A stretch of DNA of 64,000 bases from a virus. The notes beneath the pieces are model-generated. The model saw only the letters and a program-made list of their open reading frames with translations, was not told the DNA's origin and did not search any database. A program made the translations under genes and the position numbers. Positions 10,394-19,992 of the stretch are shown here, one piece after another (position 1 is the stretch's first letter; each line of letters starts with the position of its first letter). The stretch lies in IMG/VR virus record IMGVR_UViG_3300040801_002121. One strand, written 5' to 3'.

Positions 10394-12119
10394 TAAGTTC
10401 CATCTGCGCCACTTTGGTATTCATGTTCTCGGCCTTCTTGAGCGTCTTGGAACGCACGTAGTAAAGGCTTTTGGTGCCACCAGCCCAAGCCATGAAATGG
10501 CACTCAAGCATGTAGGCAGCGTCCACATAAGCGGGGAACGACAGGTTAAGACTGACACCTTGATCAACGAAGCCAGCGCGATCGTTGGCCATCTGCACGG
10601 TAAGCCGTTGATCGGTTTCGAACGCAGTCAAGAAGACAAGCTTTTCATGCTCCGAAAGGAAATCGAGATGTTGGACCGAACCATCGTTGGCAAGAATGGA
10701 CTTCCAGACTTTGTGCTCATCCTTGTCTTTCGCTTGCAGCAGCTTTTTGAGCGCCGGATTGTATACCTTATGCGACCCTGAAAGCGTTTTGTGGATGAAG
10801 ATGTTTTCTGGAAATTGCTCGATCGACGGCGAAATAGGCCCGTCAGGCACAAAGATCGACGACGATGCGTTTGGAGCCACAGCCATACGGTGAGAGAACC
10901 GTAGTCCGGTGCCCGCCATATCAGGCGCTTCACCACGCTCGGCACCTAGTTTGCGTGACGCTTCCAGTGTCTTATTGTGCAGGTGCTCGAAAATCATGAC
11001 GTTGTAAGCACGCGCTGCGTCGCCGCCCCAGACAAGCATTTTGTCTTGAAGGTAGGTCTGTAAGCCCATAGCACCCAGACCCACCGAGCGCTCATTACGC
11101 GCCGAGTTCACAGCACGCCAAAGCTCCGGCGGAGCCTTCGCGATAAAATCTTCCAGCGTGTTATCGAGCATTCGCATCAAATCTTCGATGAACAGCGGAT
11201 CGTCCTTCCACTCATCGAACTTAGCAAGATTGGTGCTCGACAAACAGCACACAGCGGTGCGGTCGGGAGCAGTTGGAAGCATGATCTCGGTGCAGAGATT
11301 GGACTGGTGGACCTTGAGACCCAGCTTCTTCAACGGCTCTGGCATCGCACGGTTGGCTGTGTCGCCGAACAGGATGAAGGGTTCGCCGGTCTGGTGACGT
11401 GTCTCGACAATCTTACGCATAAGACTACGGGCGCTTACCGTCTTTTTTGTAAGACCAGTCTTCGGACTTACGAGGTTCCAGTCCTCGTCGTTCATACACG
11501 CTTCCATGAACGCATCGGTGATGACGACTGCGTGGTGCAGGTTCAGGGCCTTGCGATTGGCGTCGCCGCCGCTCGGTTTACGCATCTCCAGAAACTCATC
11601 GATTTCCGGGTGTGAGATGTCGAGATACGTGGCGCATGATCCGCGCCGTGTCTTTCCTTGCGAGAATGCCAGCATCAGCCGATCGAGCACGGCCAAGAAG
11701 GGCGGTGTCCCGCTCGAAGCCGAGCCACGCGAAGTAGCCTCAGGCCCACGCGTTGCCACGTAAGTGCCTACACCGCCACCGAGGCTGGAAAGCCACGAGG
11801 ATTCTGCATAGTTGGCGAGGATGCCTTCTCGGCTATCCGCCATGTAATTGAGGTAGCAGGAGATCGGAAGCCCTCGCTCAGTCCCGCCGTTAGACAGGAG
11901 AGGTGTAGCAAACATAAACCAGCCCCGGCTCGCATAATCGTAAAGGCGCTGGGCGTGCGCTGCATCGTCTGCGAAGGCAGCGGCGGCTCTTGCGAATGCT
12001 TGCTGGGGGCTGGTCTCCTCCTCCACGAGGTAACGATCTTGGAGGGTTTCAAAGGCGTGGGCGGACAGCAAAGCGTCGCGCCCGAGGTCGATAGTGACCT
12101 CGTTCGGGGAGACTGGCAT
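10353..12119 (-). CDS. nrdA: ribonucleotide reductase class I alpha subunit (short form, no ATP-cone)
   Basis: SNLCTEIMLPT active-site motif; C-terminal CLACEG redox pair; 588 aa. Confidence 0.9.
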   Translation of the reverse strand: MPVSPNEVTIDLGRDALLSAHAFETLQDRYLVEEETSPQQAFARAAAAFADDAAHAQRLYDYASRGWFMFATPLLSNGGTERGLPISCYLNYMADSREGILANYAESSWLSSLGGGVGTYVATRGPEATSRGSASSGTPPFLAVLDRLMLAFSQGKTRRGSCATYLDISHPEIDEFLEMRKPSGGDANRKALNLHHAVVITDAFMEACMNDEDWNLVSPKTGLTKKTVSARSLMRKIVETRHQTGEPFILFGDTANRAMPEPLKKLGLKVHQSNLCTEIMLPTAPDRTAVCCLSSTNLAKFDEWKDDPLFIEDLMRMLDNTLEDFIAKAPPELWRAVNSARNERSVGLGAMGLQTYLQDKMLVWGGDAARAYNVMIFEHLHNKTLEASRKLGAERGEAPDMAGTGLRFSHRMAVAPNASSSIFVPDGPISPSIEQFPENIFIHKTLSGSHKVYNPALKKLLQAKDKDEHKVWKSILANDGSVQHLDFLSEHEKLVFLTAFETDQRLTVQMANDRAGFVDQGVSLNLSFPAYVDAAYMLECHFMAWAGGTKSLYYVRSKTLKKAENMNTKVAQMELIAPESEECLACEG

Positions 12120-12162
12120 AGTGTTTTTATCCGTAGCTGGTGTGAGCGGTGAAAGGCCTACC

Positions 12163-12191
12163 AGTATACTAAAAATTGCGGTTCACTGCAA
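12163..12191 (-). promoter_or_regulatory. promoter of the RNR operon (spacer carries ACCGCAATTTTT)
   Basis: Minus strand reads TTGCAG (12191-12186), 17-nt spacer tgaACCGCAATTTTTag, TATACT (12168-12163). Confidence 0.6.
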
Positions 12192-12235
12192 GGAAGGAAT
12201 TTGCATAGTCAGCAAATTTTCACCTTGACATGAAC

Positions 12236-12844
12236 TCACGTGACTTTGGCGAGTGCCTTGGCCACTGAGAAACGAGGCAGAGCCAGTCCGGTTCCATAAA
12301 TCCACGCTTGAGTGGAAGTGGCACGCTCACCGTAAGAACCAACTTCAATCCCAGCGAGCATGAAGTCGTAACCTTCTTCGGTCTCTTCAACATCCATCGT
12401 GAATGACGGCTCATTAGGCTCGCCGATGATTTGCATCACTTCCGACGCATCTGACATCACACGTTCAAGTTCCGCGTCTTCGCACGTCACGAAAAGCTCG
12501 ACCTTCATGAAGTAGTCGCGGGTCAATAGATCGGTCTTGTTTTCCCAGCGGAAGCAAGGCGTAACGCCTACATAGGCATCCGGAGGGAGGTTCATGGACA
12601 GGAACCCTTGCTCAGCCGAACCAACCAAGCAGTTGCCTTTTTCCTCGCGCCACGGGTGAAGTTCTTTACGACCGGCTAGGTCAATTTGAAAGCCGGTGCG
12701 AAGACAGGCAGCCCGCTCATCGAGTGTGGCGTAAATATCGTGATCCTTGACCAGCCACGGCACTTCCACGTAGCGGTAGCCGCGCTTGACGTATTCCGAA
12801 ACAGCTTGTCCCAGTAAGGGATAATCAATTTTCGGAGTCATCAT
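12236..12844 (-). CDS. class II aminoacyl-tRNA-synthetase-like catalytic core (stand-alone, no anticodon-binding domain)
   Basis: Motif-2-like TPCFRWEnktdlltRDYFMKVELF (FRxE..R..F..E) and motif-3-like AGIEVGSYGER; only 202 aa. Confidence 0.4.
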   Translation of the reverse strand: MMTPKIDYPLLGQAVSEYVKRGYRYVEVPWLVKDHDIYATLDERAACLRTGFQIDLAGRKELHPWREEKGNCLVGSAEQGFLSMNLPPDAYVGVTPCFRWENKTDLLTRDYFMKVELFVTCEDAELERVMSDASEVMQIIGEPNEPSFTMDVEETEEGYDFMLAGIEVGSYGERATSTQAWIYGTGLALPRFSVAKALAKVT

Positions 12845-13124
12845 TGGTTTCCTTAGGTTTACGAGCCCCTGTTTGAAAGGCCCGGTCGGTCACGGCCGCC
12901 ATGGCGACAAGATCGTTAATCGTGATGGATGGATGGTGTTTGGCCAACCAACCCTTGATCGCACCGATCACATCAGCCAACTCGACCAGCGCCATAATCG
13001 ACACATTTTGGTCCAAGGCATCCGCAAATTCATCGACCTCTTCGTAGATTTTCGAGTCTTCGCCATATACTCCGCGAGTGATCTTGGCGATATGATAACC
13101 ATGAGGTGTTTCAGATTCGGCCAC
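12825..13124 (-). CDS. MazG/HisE-type nucleotide pyrophosphohydrolase (small)
   Basis: EEVDEFADAL..ALVELADVIGAIKGWL all-alpha NTP-PPase pattern. Confidence 0.6.
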   Translation of the reverse strand: MAESETPHGYHIAKITRGVYGEDSKIYEEVDEFADALDQNVSIMALVELADVIGAIKGWLAKHHPSITINDLVAMAAVTDRAFQTGARKPKETNDDSEN

Positions 13125-13335
13125 GTTTTGCCTTTCTATGAGCGCGGGCTTCCACTGCCATTGCCTTACGACGTTGGGCGCGGTTCAAGCCAGCATAAGG
13201 GTCTTCTGCACGCGTCACAGTGTATCTGACACCATCGGAGGTCGTCAGTTCGTCCGTAGACGTGGTGCGGTCGGAGGTGTCATGTGGGTCCATGTCGTCG
13301 ATAAAAATCGCGTCGCGGATGCGAATACGGGCCAT
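13111..13335 (-). CDS. hypothetical protein
   Basis: Internal ATG (MARIRIRD) of track ORF 13111..13389; TAATG coupling to the upstream small ORF. Confidence 0.5.
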   Translation of the reverse strand: MARIRIRDAIFIDDMDPHDTSDRTTSTDELTTSDGVRYTVTRAEDPYAGLNRAQRRKAMAVEARAHRKAKRGRI

Positions 13336-13427
13336 TAGCCAGTTACAGCGCAGTTCACCAGCAAGATCATGGCGAGACAGAAAGCGCAAGCTATCGCCAA
13401 GACCTTGAGATTGATTTCAAATTCCAT
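13335..13427 (-). CDS. 30-aa hydrophobic peptide (MEFEINLKVLAIACAFCLAMILLVNCAVTG)
   Basis: Below the ORF-track cutoff. Single TM-like helix; stop overlaps the next start. Confidence 0.4.
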   Translation of the reverse strand: MEFEINLKVLAIACAFCLAMILLVNCAVTG

Positions 13428-13471
13428 ACTGGTTTCCTTCAAGCAAAAATTGCGGTCGCGGTCAAGCTAAA

Positions 13472-13699
13472 TTAACCGATGTGAAATGACTTTGCACCGG
13501 GCACAGCACGTTCGATCTCCTGCACTACATCATCAGGCTCACCCGCAACGGGGAGAATTTCAGGAGAGTCCGAACTGTTATCGTAAACAATGACTGAACG
13601 ACCAGAATGTGCGGGGTCGGCGGTAATTGCCATGATACGCTTGGGCTCGATGTAGGCAATACCCAAGCCATCTACCTCAACTCGGATAAAAGTGATCAC
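13472..13699 (-). CDS. hypothetical protein
   Basis: 75-aa ORF packed 2 nt after the upstream stop. Confidence 0.55.
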   Translation of the reverse strand: MITFIRVEVDGLGIAYIEPKRIMAITADPAHSGRSVIVYDNSSDSPEILPVAGEPDDVVQEIERAVPGAKSFHIG

Positions 13700-13701
13700 A
13701 A

Positions 13702-14289
13702 TTAGTCCTCCCCTTGCGCCTTGTCAGCCCGCTCTCGGGCAGCTTCGTCTGAATAAGTCAGTCCTTTGTAACGGACAGACAGCTTGGCGATGTTGGCTTC
13801 CAAAGTGTCCTCACGTGAGGTTTGGATACCTTGGCGCATGATACCAATCATCACTTCCAGATTGGCCAGCGCATATTGAACCTTGTCGCGATCGAGCGCC
13901 TTCTGATAAACGACATGCTTCTTCACAGCGTCGAGAAGTTGACCGCCTGCAATGGCAAGCAAAGATGCCGCTTCGAGAGGTTCAGTGGCAAGCGTAAATT
14001 GCTGTTCAGTGCTGAATTGAACAACTTCATCACGTGCCATGCCGATATTCTGGCGCACCGATTCCATGTAGAACTCGATGTCGCCCAGTTCCTCGATCAT
14101 GTTGGCTACATCCATATGACCGGTGATGAACATGTTGGTAACAGCTTCCAACACTTCGGTGGTTTCACCAGCGACACCGGTAGCGCCATGCCAGAGGTCG
14201 GCCTGCTTATCGGTGAGGGTTTGGACGATCTCATGGCCGGGCTTCATGAGCCCGGCCACCATATCCGCGTGGTTGATTTGGTCAGTCAT
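13702..14289 (-). CDS. MazG-like nucleoside triphosphate pyrophosphohydrolase
   Basis: GVAGETTEVLEAV and EELGDIEFYMESV (EExxE / E..GD..Y motifs). Confidence 0.6.
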   Translation of the reverse strand: MTDQINHADMVAGLMKPGHEIVQTLTDKQADLWHGATGVAGETTEVLEAVTNMFITGHMDVANMIEELGDIEFYMESVRQNIGMARDEVVQFSTEQQFTLATEPLEAASLLAIAGGQLLDAVKKHVVYQKALDRDKVQYALANLEVMIGIMRQGIQTSREDTLEANIAKLSVRYKGLTYSDEAARERADKAQGED

Positions 14290-14291
14290 TG

Positions 14292-14828
14292 TTATCCTTC
14301 GTTGACGATCTGCGACGGAGCTTCACTGTCGTCGTTTGTTGCCGGACCTTGATCCGAGTTGATGATCTGGGCGTCGTCATTTGCAGCGACAAGTTGCTCG
14401 GCGAAATCCCAACAAGCGCACTGAAAATCCGTGTCGTTCATAAGCGAGCGCATGTAGAGCCCAATGCACTGTGCCGTTGTCGGAAGATGCTCACCGTCAG
14501 GATCGCCGCCCATGAACTCCAGCGTCGGAACAAACCGACCGGTGTTGAGGTCCTTATCCTCCAGAGTGAGCCGAGCAACCACCGGTGCGGTGGGTGAAAG
14601 ACACGGCGATTCCGTATTCTCTTCCATGTTTTGCATGATCGTTTGCGAAAATGCGATCACGCCATTCAGGAACTCGTCGTCTTCGACGATGTTGTAGAGA
14701 TAAAAGCCGGTGAAGTAGGCGGCTGTAGCGATCCCCTGATCGATCTGCGCCCCTTCTGCATCAAAATCCACGGTGTAAGTTCCGGAATCAAGGTCCATGT
14801 CTTGAATTGTAATTGTAATTTTCGACAT
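14292..14828 (-). CDS. hypothetical acidic protein
   Basis: Start moved to MSKITITIQ (ATG 14828) within track ORF 14292..14882. Confidence 0.55.
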   Translation of the reverse strand: MSKITITIQDMDLDSGTYTVDFDAEGAQIDQGIATAAYFTGFYLYNIVEDDEFLNGVIAFSQTIMQNMEENTESPCLSPTAPVVARLTLEDKDLNTGRFVPTLEFMGGDPDGEHLPTTAQCIGLYMRSLMNDTDFQCACWDFAEQLVAANDDAQIINSDQGPATNDDSEAPSQIVNEG

Positions 14829-14865
14829 ATTGAAGCTCCGTTTATGTCGTTTCTTATCCCGGCAG

Positions 14866-15462
14866 CTAAGCCACCAGCGCACTAACTTGAGATAGAAAAC
14901 GAGACCGGAACGATTGAATAGCGAGAGGACGTTCGTCTCCTTCTGCCCAGTGGTTTGTGACCCGTTGGGCAGATGGTAGGCTGGCGATCAAATCATCAAT
15001 CAAAGCTTCGGACTCGTGCTCTCCCTCTACAGGCTCGATCCAGTCAGCCGTGATGCCAATCACGACGCCGCCGACCTTCTCGATCGCCTCTTTTTCATTG
15101 GGGAAACGGACATCGGTGATTACCACCTCACCACCTCCGACCGCTCGCTTGATTGCCGAATTAACCCAAACGTCTTCGGCAATGAGTTCGCGACCCCACT
15201 GCGTTCCCAAGGATTGCATCGCCCACCTCGGGGTTTGACCGCTCAGATAGTCGGTTGGCACCTCTTTCAAGTCACCTTCGACCATCCGTTCGATCGTTTC
15301 ATACTCCAAGCCTTGATAAAAAAGCAGGGTCCGAAGCATGTCTTTCAAGGCTCCGGCGAACTTGATGTTCTCGTAGCCTTTCACCATCAGCGCGTCGGCT
15401 GCGGTGTCCTTCCCAGCGCCTTTACGACCAATAAGGCCAACGATTCGAGGAAGTTTTTGCAC
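14866..15462 (-). CDS. deoxynucleoside monophosphate kinase
   Basis: P-loop IVGLIGRKGAGKDT and VITDVRFPNEKEAI, typical of phage dNMP kinases. GTG 15462 sits behind GGAG. Confidence 0.6.
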   Translation of the reverse strand: MQKLPRIVGLIGRKGAGKDTAADALMVKGYENIKFAGALKDMLRTLLFYQGLEYETIERMVEGDLKEVPTDYLSGQTPRWAMQSLGTQWGRELIAEDVWVNSAIKRAVGGGEVVITDVRFPNEKEAIEKVGGVVIGITADWIEPVEGEHESEALIDDLIASLPSAQRVTNHWAEGDERPLAIQSFRSRFLSQVSALVA

Positions 15463-15574
15463 TTTGCGTCTCCAAGTCCTACATGTCCAGTGCATACGAC
15501 GAAACGTGCCGTAGCTCAGACAAGTTGTGAAACCTTACCTTAACGTAAATCCGTAGTGTTTGCTCACCGCAATT

Positions 15575-16912
15575 TTAGGCGACGATAACAAGACGTTCGG
15601 CCGCCCGCGTGATGGCTGTGTAAAGCCATTTATCTGCGTCATCGCGGAAGACCATTGATTCATCGTGGACGATTACCTCATCCCATTGCGAGCCCTGCGA
15701 TTTGTGGCATGTGATGGCCCAGCCAAAATCGATATGTGCGTCGCGGATACGTGATTTGAATGCCGCCTGTTTGTTGGCGCTGGCGAAGTTCTTCTCACGC
15801 TTCATGTGCTCCTCAAAGAGCCCTTGATAGGTAAACACGTTGTAGCGCCCACCTTCCTCGGTCTCGATGTTGGCAATGAAACGATCCCGGCCCTCTACGG
15901 CATTGCCGTGGTCCTCGGTCGCGAAAACCGCCGTGCCGTTCACCAGAGCGGGATGCTCTTTGTGGTTCTTGCAGATAATCAGGGGCTCACCCGCCATGGG
16001 CAGTTCATCGAGAAGACCACCCTCACGACGCATCCGTGATGTCTGCTTCCAGCGATTCTTGTTCGTCCCGACAATCACCTGACAGTCGCGTTCGAGATCA
16101 AGGGTGTAAATGTCCTTCTTACGTGGAACAATCAACACACCGTCGCCGTAATCACCAAAGTCGCAACGCTGGCCTTTACGCACCATGGTGGCGAGATAGA
16201 TAATCGGATTGTCCTGTGCCTGACGATGAACCTCAGTGAGAAATGCGTCTGGCAATTCGCCCTCGATAAAGAAGCCCGGTTTGTCGCCTACTGGCGGAAG
16301 CTGGCCGGGATCACCCATCACCAGAATCGGGATTTCGAAGTCCATAAGGTCTTCGGCGACTTCCTTACCAACCATTGATCCTTCGTCGAGGATGATCAGT
16401 TGGATTGCATCTTTCACCAATGTCGATTCCGGGTTCAAACTGAAACGCAGATCGTTCATGTCATAAGCGCGGTCGAGGTCTTTGGCGATCACTTGAGCCT
16501 TCTTCTGCATCTCTGCAAGGTCAGCGTCACGATCACCTGTGTATGGCGGCGCGATGTCCCCGTTCTTGAGCATTTCCATCTCGCGTTCGAGGTGTTGTAG
16601 ATCGCGCTCCAGAACTTCGGCCTTCTGCATTTTCGGCAGGTAAATGAGCTTGTGGATCGTCGAGGGCACCTGCTTGATGCCCTGTTGCCGCAGCTTTTCA
16701 CCCATGACTTTGGCGGCTTTGCCAGTCGGCGCGGCAAACGCGATCGTCGAAGGAGACAAGCCAGTCGCCTCGATGATGTCGGGAAGAATCGTTGACTTAC
16801 CGGTTCCGGCAAAGCCGCCGAGGGTGAATGTTTTCTTGTGTTCGGACTCGTGGCGGAACCACTCTCCGATGTCCCTGACCGCTTTTTCTTGTTGCGGTGA
16901 TAGGGTAAGCAT
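15575..16912 (-). CDS. RecD/Dda-like SF1 DNA helicase
   Basis: GGFAGTGKSTIL (Walker A), ILDEGSMV, GDPGQLPPV, ITCHKSQGSQWDEVIV. Confidence 0.85.
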   Translation of the reverse strand: MLTLSPQQEKAVRDIGEWFRHESEHKKTFTLGGFAGTGKSTILPDIIEATGLSPSTIAFAAPTGKAAKVMGEKLRQQGIKQVPSTIHKLIYLPKMQKAEVLERDLQHLEREMEMLKNGDIAPPYTGDRDADLAEMQKKAQVIAKDLDRAYDMNDLRFSLNPESTLVKDAIQLIILDEGSMVGKEVAEDLMDFEIPILVMGDPGQLPPVGDKPGFFIEGELPDAFLTEVHRQAQDNPIIYLATMVRKGQRCDFGDYGDGVLIVPRKKDIYTLDLERDCQVIVGTNKNRWKQTSRMRREGGLLDELPMAGEPLIICKNHKEHPALVNGTAVFATEDHGNAVEGRDRFIANIETEEGGRYNVFTYQGLFEEHMKREKNFASANKQAAFKSRIRDAHIDFGWAITCHKSQGSQWDEVIVHDESMVFRDDADKWLYTAITRAAERLVIVA

Positions 16913-16936
16913 ACGCGCCTCCGTTTACAGTGAGGA

Positions 16937-17287
16937 TTACTCCTCGCTCTGTGCTCCTTTGAGCACGTCGGGCATCAGCGGAAGCCCGGCCGCAGACGGT
17001 GAGGTGGGACCAGACTTTACAGCGAAGCCGGGCGAGCGCGATTCGAAGACGGCCAGCATCGACGAGAGCAGATCGCGAAACTCTTGTTCACCCATCTGGA
17101 GCGTGCCACGCCCGGTGATGCCGATTGTGTAGGTCGTCTGAGGGACTTTCTCGCCAAAAAGACAGTTCACGAGAGCGTGTTGTCCGGCCCACGCGCCGTC
17201 GATCTTGACGCCGGGAGCCTTGTCCACCACACCGCTCATCTCAGCGTCGGGCAGGCGGGAAAGGAATGCAAAGGGATTGTCGTTCAT
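16937..17287 (-). CDS. hypothetical protein
   Basis: 116-aa ORF in the replication module. Confidence 0.55.
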   Translation of the reverse strand: MNDNPFAFLSRLPDAEMSGVVDKAPGVKIDGAWAGQHALVNCLFGEKVPQTTYTIGITGRGTLQMGEQEFRDLLSSMLAVFESRSPGFAVKSGPTSPSAAGLPLMPDVLKGAQSEE

Positions 17288-17354
17288 CTTGTGTCTCCAA
17301 AGGGTGTAACCGGGGCGGGTAAAACGGAGGAAACCCCGCCCCGGCTACTGGCGC

Positions 17355-18389
17355 TTAGTCGAAGTTACGGAGGCGGCGGTTACCGCCACGGGCGCGACCA
17401 CGGCGAGGAGGGGCAGCTTCCTCATCATCACCATCAGTGTCATCGCCTTCCGGCTCTTCGGCTTTCGCAGCCTTACGGCCACGCGTGCGCCCACGGGCGG
17501 GAGGTGCGGCATCCTCGTCCTCGTCCTCTTCGGGCTCCGGCTCGGGTTCGGCACGACGGCGGCGACCACGGGCGGGCTTCTCAGCCTCTTCCTCTTCGGG
17601 CTCCTCGTTGTCCAAATCCTCGTCCTCTTCGGGCTCTGGCTCGGAGTCCTTCTTGGCCTTACGGCCACGACCGCGTGCGGGCTTCTCTTCTGCTTCCTCG
17701 TCAGCGGCCTTACGGCGGCTGCGTGTCTGCTTGGGAGCGGGCTCCTCTTCTGGCTCTTCATCAACGGGCTCGCCGGTGAGACCTTCAAGCTCGGCGGCCG
17801 ACATCCAGCCGACAATCTTCATGATCGGGGAGAACTTCTTCTTGCCGTAGCGCTTGTTGCGCGGCTCGTAGCTTTCCTCGCCCAGTTCCACGATCGGGAA
17901 CTCGCCGGGATGCTGTGCAAAAACGCGACCATACGCGCCGGACAGCTTGCGAATCTGGCGGACCTGACCACCGGTCGAAGTCTTCCAGAGGAGCGGGGTG
18001 CCGACTGCTTCGTCCTGATCATCATCGCCGTAGCTTTCGAGGATCATGGAGATCGACGACGCTTCGCGCCAGCCGTCGTCTTCTTCGTATGGACCGTAGT
18101 CCGTCAGGTCTTCTTCGCGGGGCGGCTTGCCGTCCACGACCATGACCAGCTTTTCTTCTTCGACCGCGCCATCGACCCAGCAAATCCAACCGAAGGACAG
18201 CGTGTCCATGTCCATGACGACGCGAGAGCCTTCCGGTAGATCGTCGTCATCCTGTCCGAACGACCAACGACCATCGTTGCCGTTGAATTTGAGGTAGGTG
18301 CCTGTTTCCACACCACGAGCGGCTTCCGCCCACGGGTTGGCACCGGCGTCAAGGGCACGCGAGCCCTGTTTGGCAAGATCATTTGCCAT
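17355..18389 (-). CDS. hypothetical nucleic-acid-binding protein with acidic/RGR-repeat tail
   Basis: ATG 18389 behind GGAG. The C-terminal ~130 aa alternate E/D runs with PARGRGRK, PARGRRRR, PARGRTRGRK and PRRGRARGG (AT-hook/RGG-like). Confidence 0.6.
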   Translation of the reverse strand: MANDLAKQGSRALDAGANPWAEAARGVETGTYLKFNGNDGRWSFGQDDDDLPEGSRVVMDMDTLSFGWICWVDGAVEEEKLVMVVDGKPPREEDLTDYGPYEEDDGWREASSISMILESYGDDDQDEAVGTPLLWKTSTGGQVRQIRKLSGAYGRVFAQHPGEFPIVELGEESYEPRNKRYGKKKFSPIMKIVGWMSAAELEGLTGEPVDEEPEEEPAPKQTRSRRKAADEEAEEKPARGRGRKAKKDSEPEPEEDEDLDNEEPEEEEAEKPARGRRRRAEPEPEPEEDEDEDAAPPARGRTRGRKAAKAEEPEGDDTDGDDEEAAPPRRGRARGGNRRLRNFD

Positions 18390-18451
18390 GGATGGTATCT
18401 CCAATGTTATTGAGGGAAAATAACGGGAAACCCTCCCGCGAGGGTTACCGG

Positions 18452-18811
18452 TTAATTGCTCGTCGGCATCGATGCCTTGAGGTTGGCGATCACTTCCCGC
18501 GAACGCTTGGCGTTCTCGGCCTTCGTTTCGAGTTCAGCTTTCTCCGCAGCAGCCTTCGCTTCGGTATCGGCGATGCGCTGTTCTTTGATGGATTCGATCT
18601 GTGCGATCTCAGCGGCGGCTTGCGACGCCAGCCGCTCCTTGGTTTGCTCTGTGCCGTTGACCAGATCACCGATGGCGTCTTCGAAACCGGCGACTTCATC
18701 GTCTGCCTTTTCCAGAAACTCATCGAGCTTCGCATCGAATGCGATGATGAAATTGACAAGGGCGTCGGAGGACCGGGCCACCCAGCGGAGCAAAAGAGAG
18801 TCGAGGTTCAT
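18452..18811 (-). CDS. hypothetical coiled-coil protein
   Basis: 119-aa ORF rich in A/E/K heptads. Confidence 0.55.
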   Translation of the reverse strand: MNLDSLLLRWVARSSDALVNFIIAFDAKLDEFLEKADDEVAGFEDAIGDLVNGTEQTKERLASQAAAEIAQIESIKEQRIADTEAKAAAEKAELETKAENAKRSREVIANLKASMPTSN

Positions 18812-18860
18812 GTCGGGTTACCTGTTTGATTGTCGGGTATCGGGTGGACCGATGTTTGAT

Positions 18861-18902
18861 GTGCTACAGTAAGGTTAATCGATTGTCAAGCATAATTTGC
18901 CC
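18861..18902 (-). promoter_or_regulatory. promoter with GGGCAAATTATGC upstream element
   Basis: Minus strand reads GGGCAAATTATGC-TTGACA (18889-18884), 17-nt spacer, TAGCAC. Confidence 0.5.
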
Positions 18903-18930
18903 TTACCAACAAATTATATTTGCGGTTGTG

Positions 18931-19992
18931 TTACTCCTTGAGTTTGACCGTCAGACGCTCGTATCCCGAGCCTTCCTTCTGATAGTCTTCGATGTCGAGA
19001 CCCACATCTTCGAGGTCGGCGGCCAACAGCGTCATGTCGAGAGATTTCTTACCCGAGCACCACGCCAGTGAGATTGAGCAAGCGTCATCTGTATGACCCT
19101 TGGTGCTGTTGTCACGCAGAAGGTCCTTGATCTCTGCCTCGACCAGCTTCTTATCCTTCTCGGCTTCTTTCTGGACCGCCGCATGTTCTTTCTGACGCTG
19201 GGCCAGCAGAGCGAGACGTTCGCGGATTTCCTCATCCTCGATGTTCTTCTTGACCTTGGGCGTCGCTTCACCGGTGGCGTAGGCGCATTCTTCGGTAAAC
19301 TCACAAAGCGAACAAGCGCCTGACAGCTTGCCCTCGGCCACGAAGTCCATCGGGTCTGGGTCTTTGGCGAAAACAGCAGCAGCCCGGTCCTTGGCAGCCT
19401 GATAAATCTTCGGATCGCGCTTGACCACGAACGGGCGGATGTCAGATAGCCACGAAGCGTTGAAATAGATGATCACCGCGTATTCGGGTTTGTATTCCGT
19501 CTTCTCGTGGAAGAGTCCCATCTGGACCTGTGTCTGGCCAGAGTGAATAGCTTTTTCTTCGTTGACGGTCGCACGCGGATCGAACGACTTGTATTCGATG
19601 ACAACGCAGTCAGATTCGATGTCATCGATCCCAAGCTGCTTGAGTGCATCACTGGCCAACCCAACGGCTAGACCGTCCGGCGTTGCGGTAAGTCGGCCGG
19701 ACTTGAGCGTGTCTTGTTCTTCACCAGCGTAAAGAAGCTCAGCGCCTTCCGGAAGGATGGCTTGAGTAGCAGGCACCGCGAAGTAGTTTTCGATGATGTC
19801 GCCGCGCTTTGCCGCACCCCAGTCTTGTTCATGTCCGTCGTCAGGCTCGTAGCCCCATTTCTTGAAGAACGTCTTGCGGTGACAATCGAAAGCTTCGGAT
19901 GCACCAACGGAGGCGTTGCGATCGTAGCGCCATTCCTTTTCGTCCGCCGCTTCGAAGGCAGCAAACATGCCTTTGAAATCAAGTTCGGCCAT
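18931..19992 (-). CDS. PD-(D/E)XK exonuclease, Cas4/AddB-like with 4-Cys Fe-S cluster
   Basis: N-terminal Cys (FDCHRK), nuclease motif DCVVIEYK, and C-x2-C-x5-C (CSLCEFTEEC). Confidence 0.7.
   Translation of the reverse strand: MAELDFKGMFAAFEAADEKEWRYDRNASVGASEAFDCHRKTFFKKWGYEPDDGHEQDWGAAKRGDIIENYFAVPATQAILPEGAELLYAGEEQDTLKSGRLTATPDGLAVGLASDALKQLGIDDIESDCVVIEYKSFDPRATVNEEKAIHSGQTQVQMGLFHEKTEYKPEYAVIIYFNASWLSDIRPFVVKRDPKIYQAAKDRAAAVFAKDPDPMDFVAEGKLSGACSLCEFTEECAYATGEATPKVKKNIEDEEIRERLALLAQRQKEHAAVQKEAEKDKKLVEAEIKDLLRDNSTKGHTDDACSISLAWCSGKKSLDMTLLAADLEDVGLDIEDYQKEGSGYERLTVKLKE

Noticed and set aside
12212-12230. GCAAATTTTCACC-TTGACA on the plus strand as a functional promoter.
   Set aside because: There is no acceptable -10 element 16-18 nt downstream, and it points into the 3' end of a minus-strand gene. 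I kept it only as a motif copy.
17084-17850. Long alternative-frame ORFs 17084..17779+, 17345..17815- and 17437..17850+.
   Set aside because: They are artefacts of the GC-rich periodic repeat encoding the acidic/RGR tail of the 17355..18389 gene, and their products are low-complexity R/P/S.
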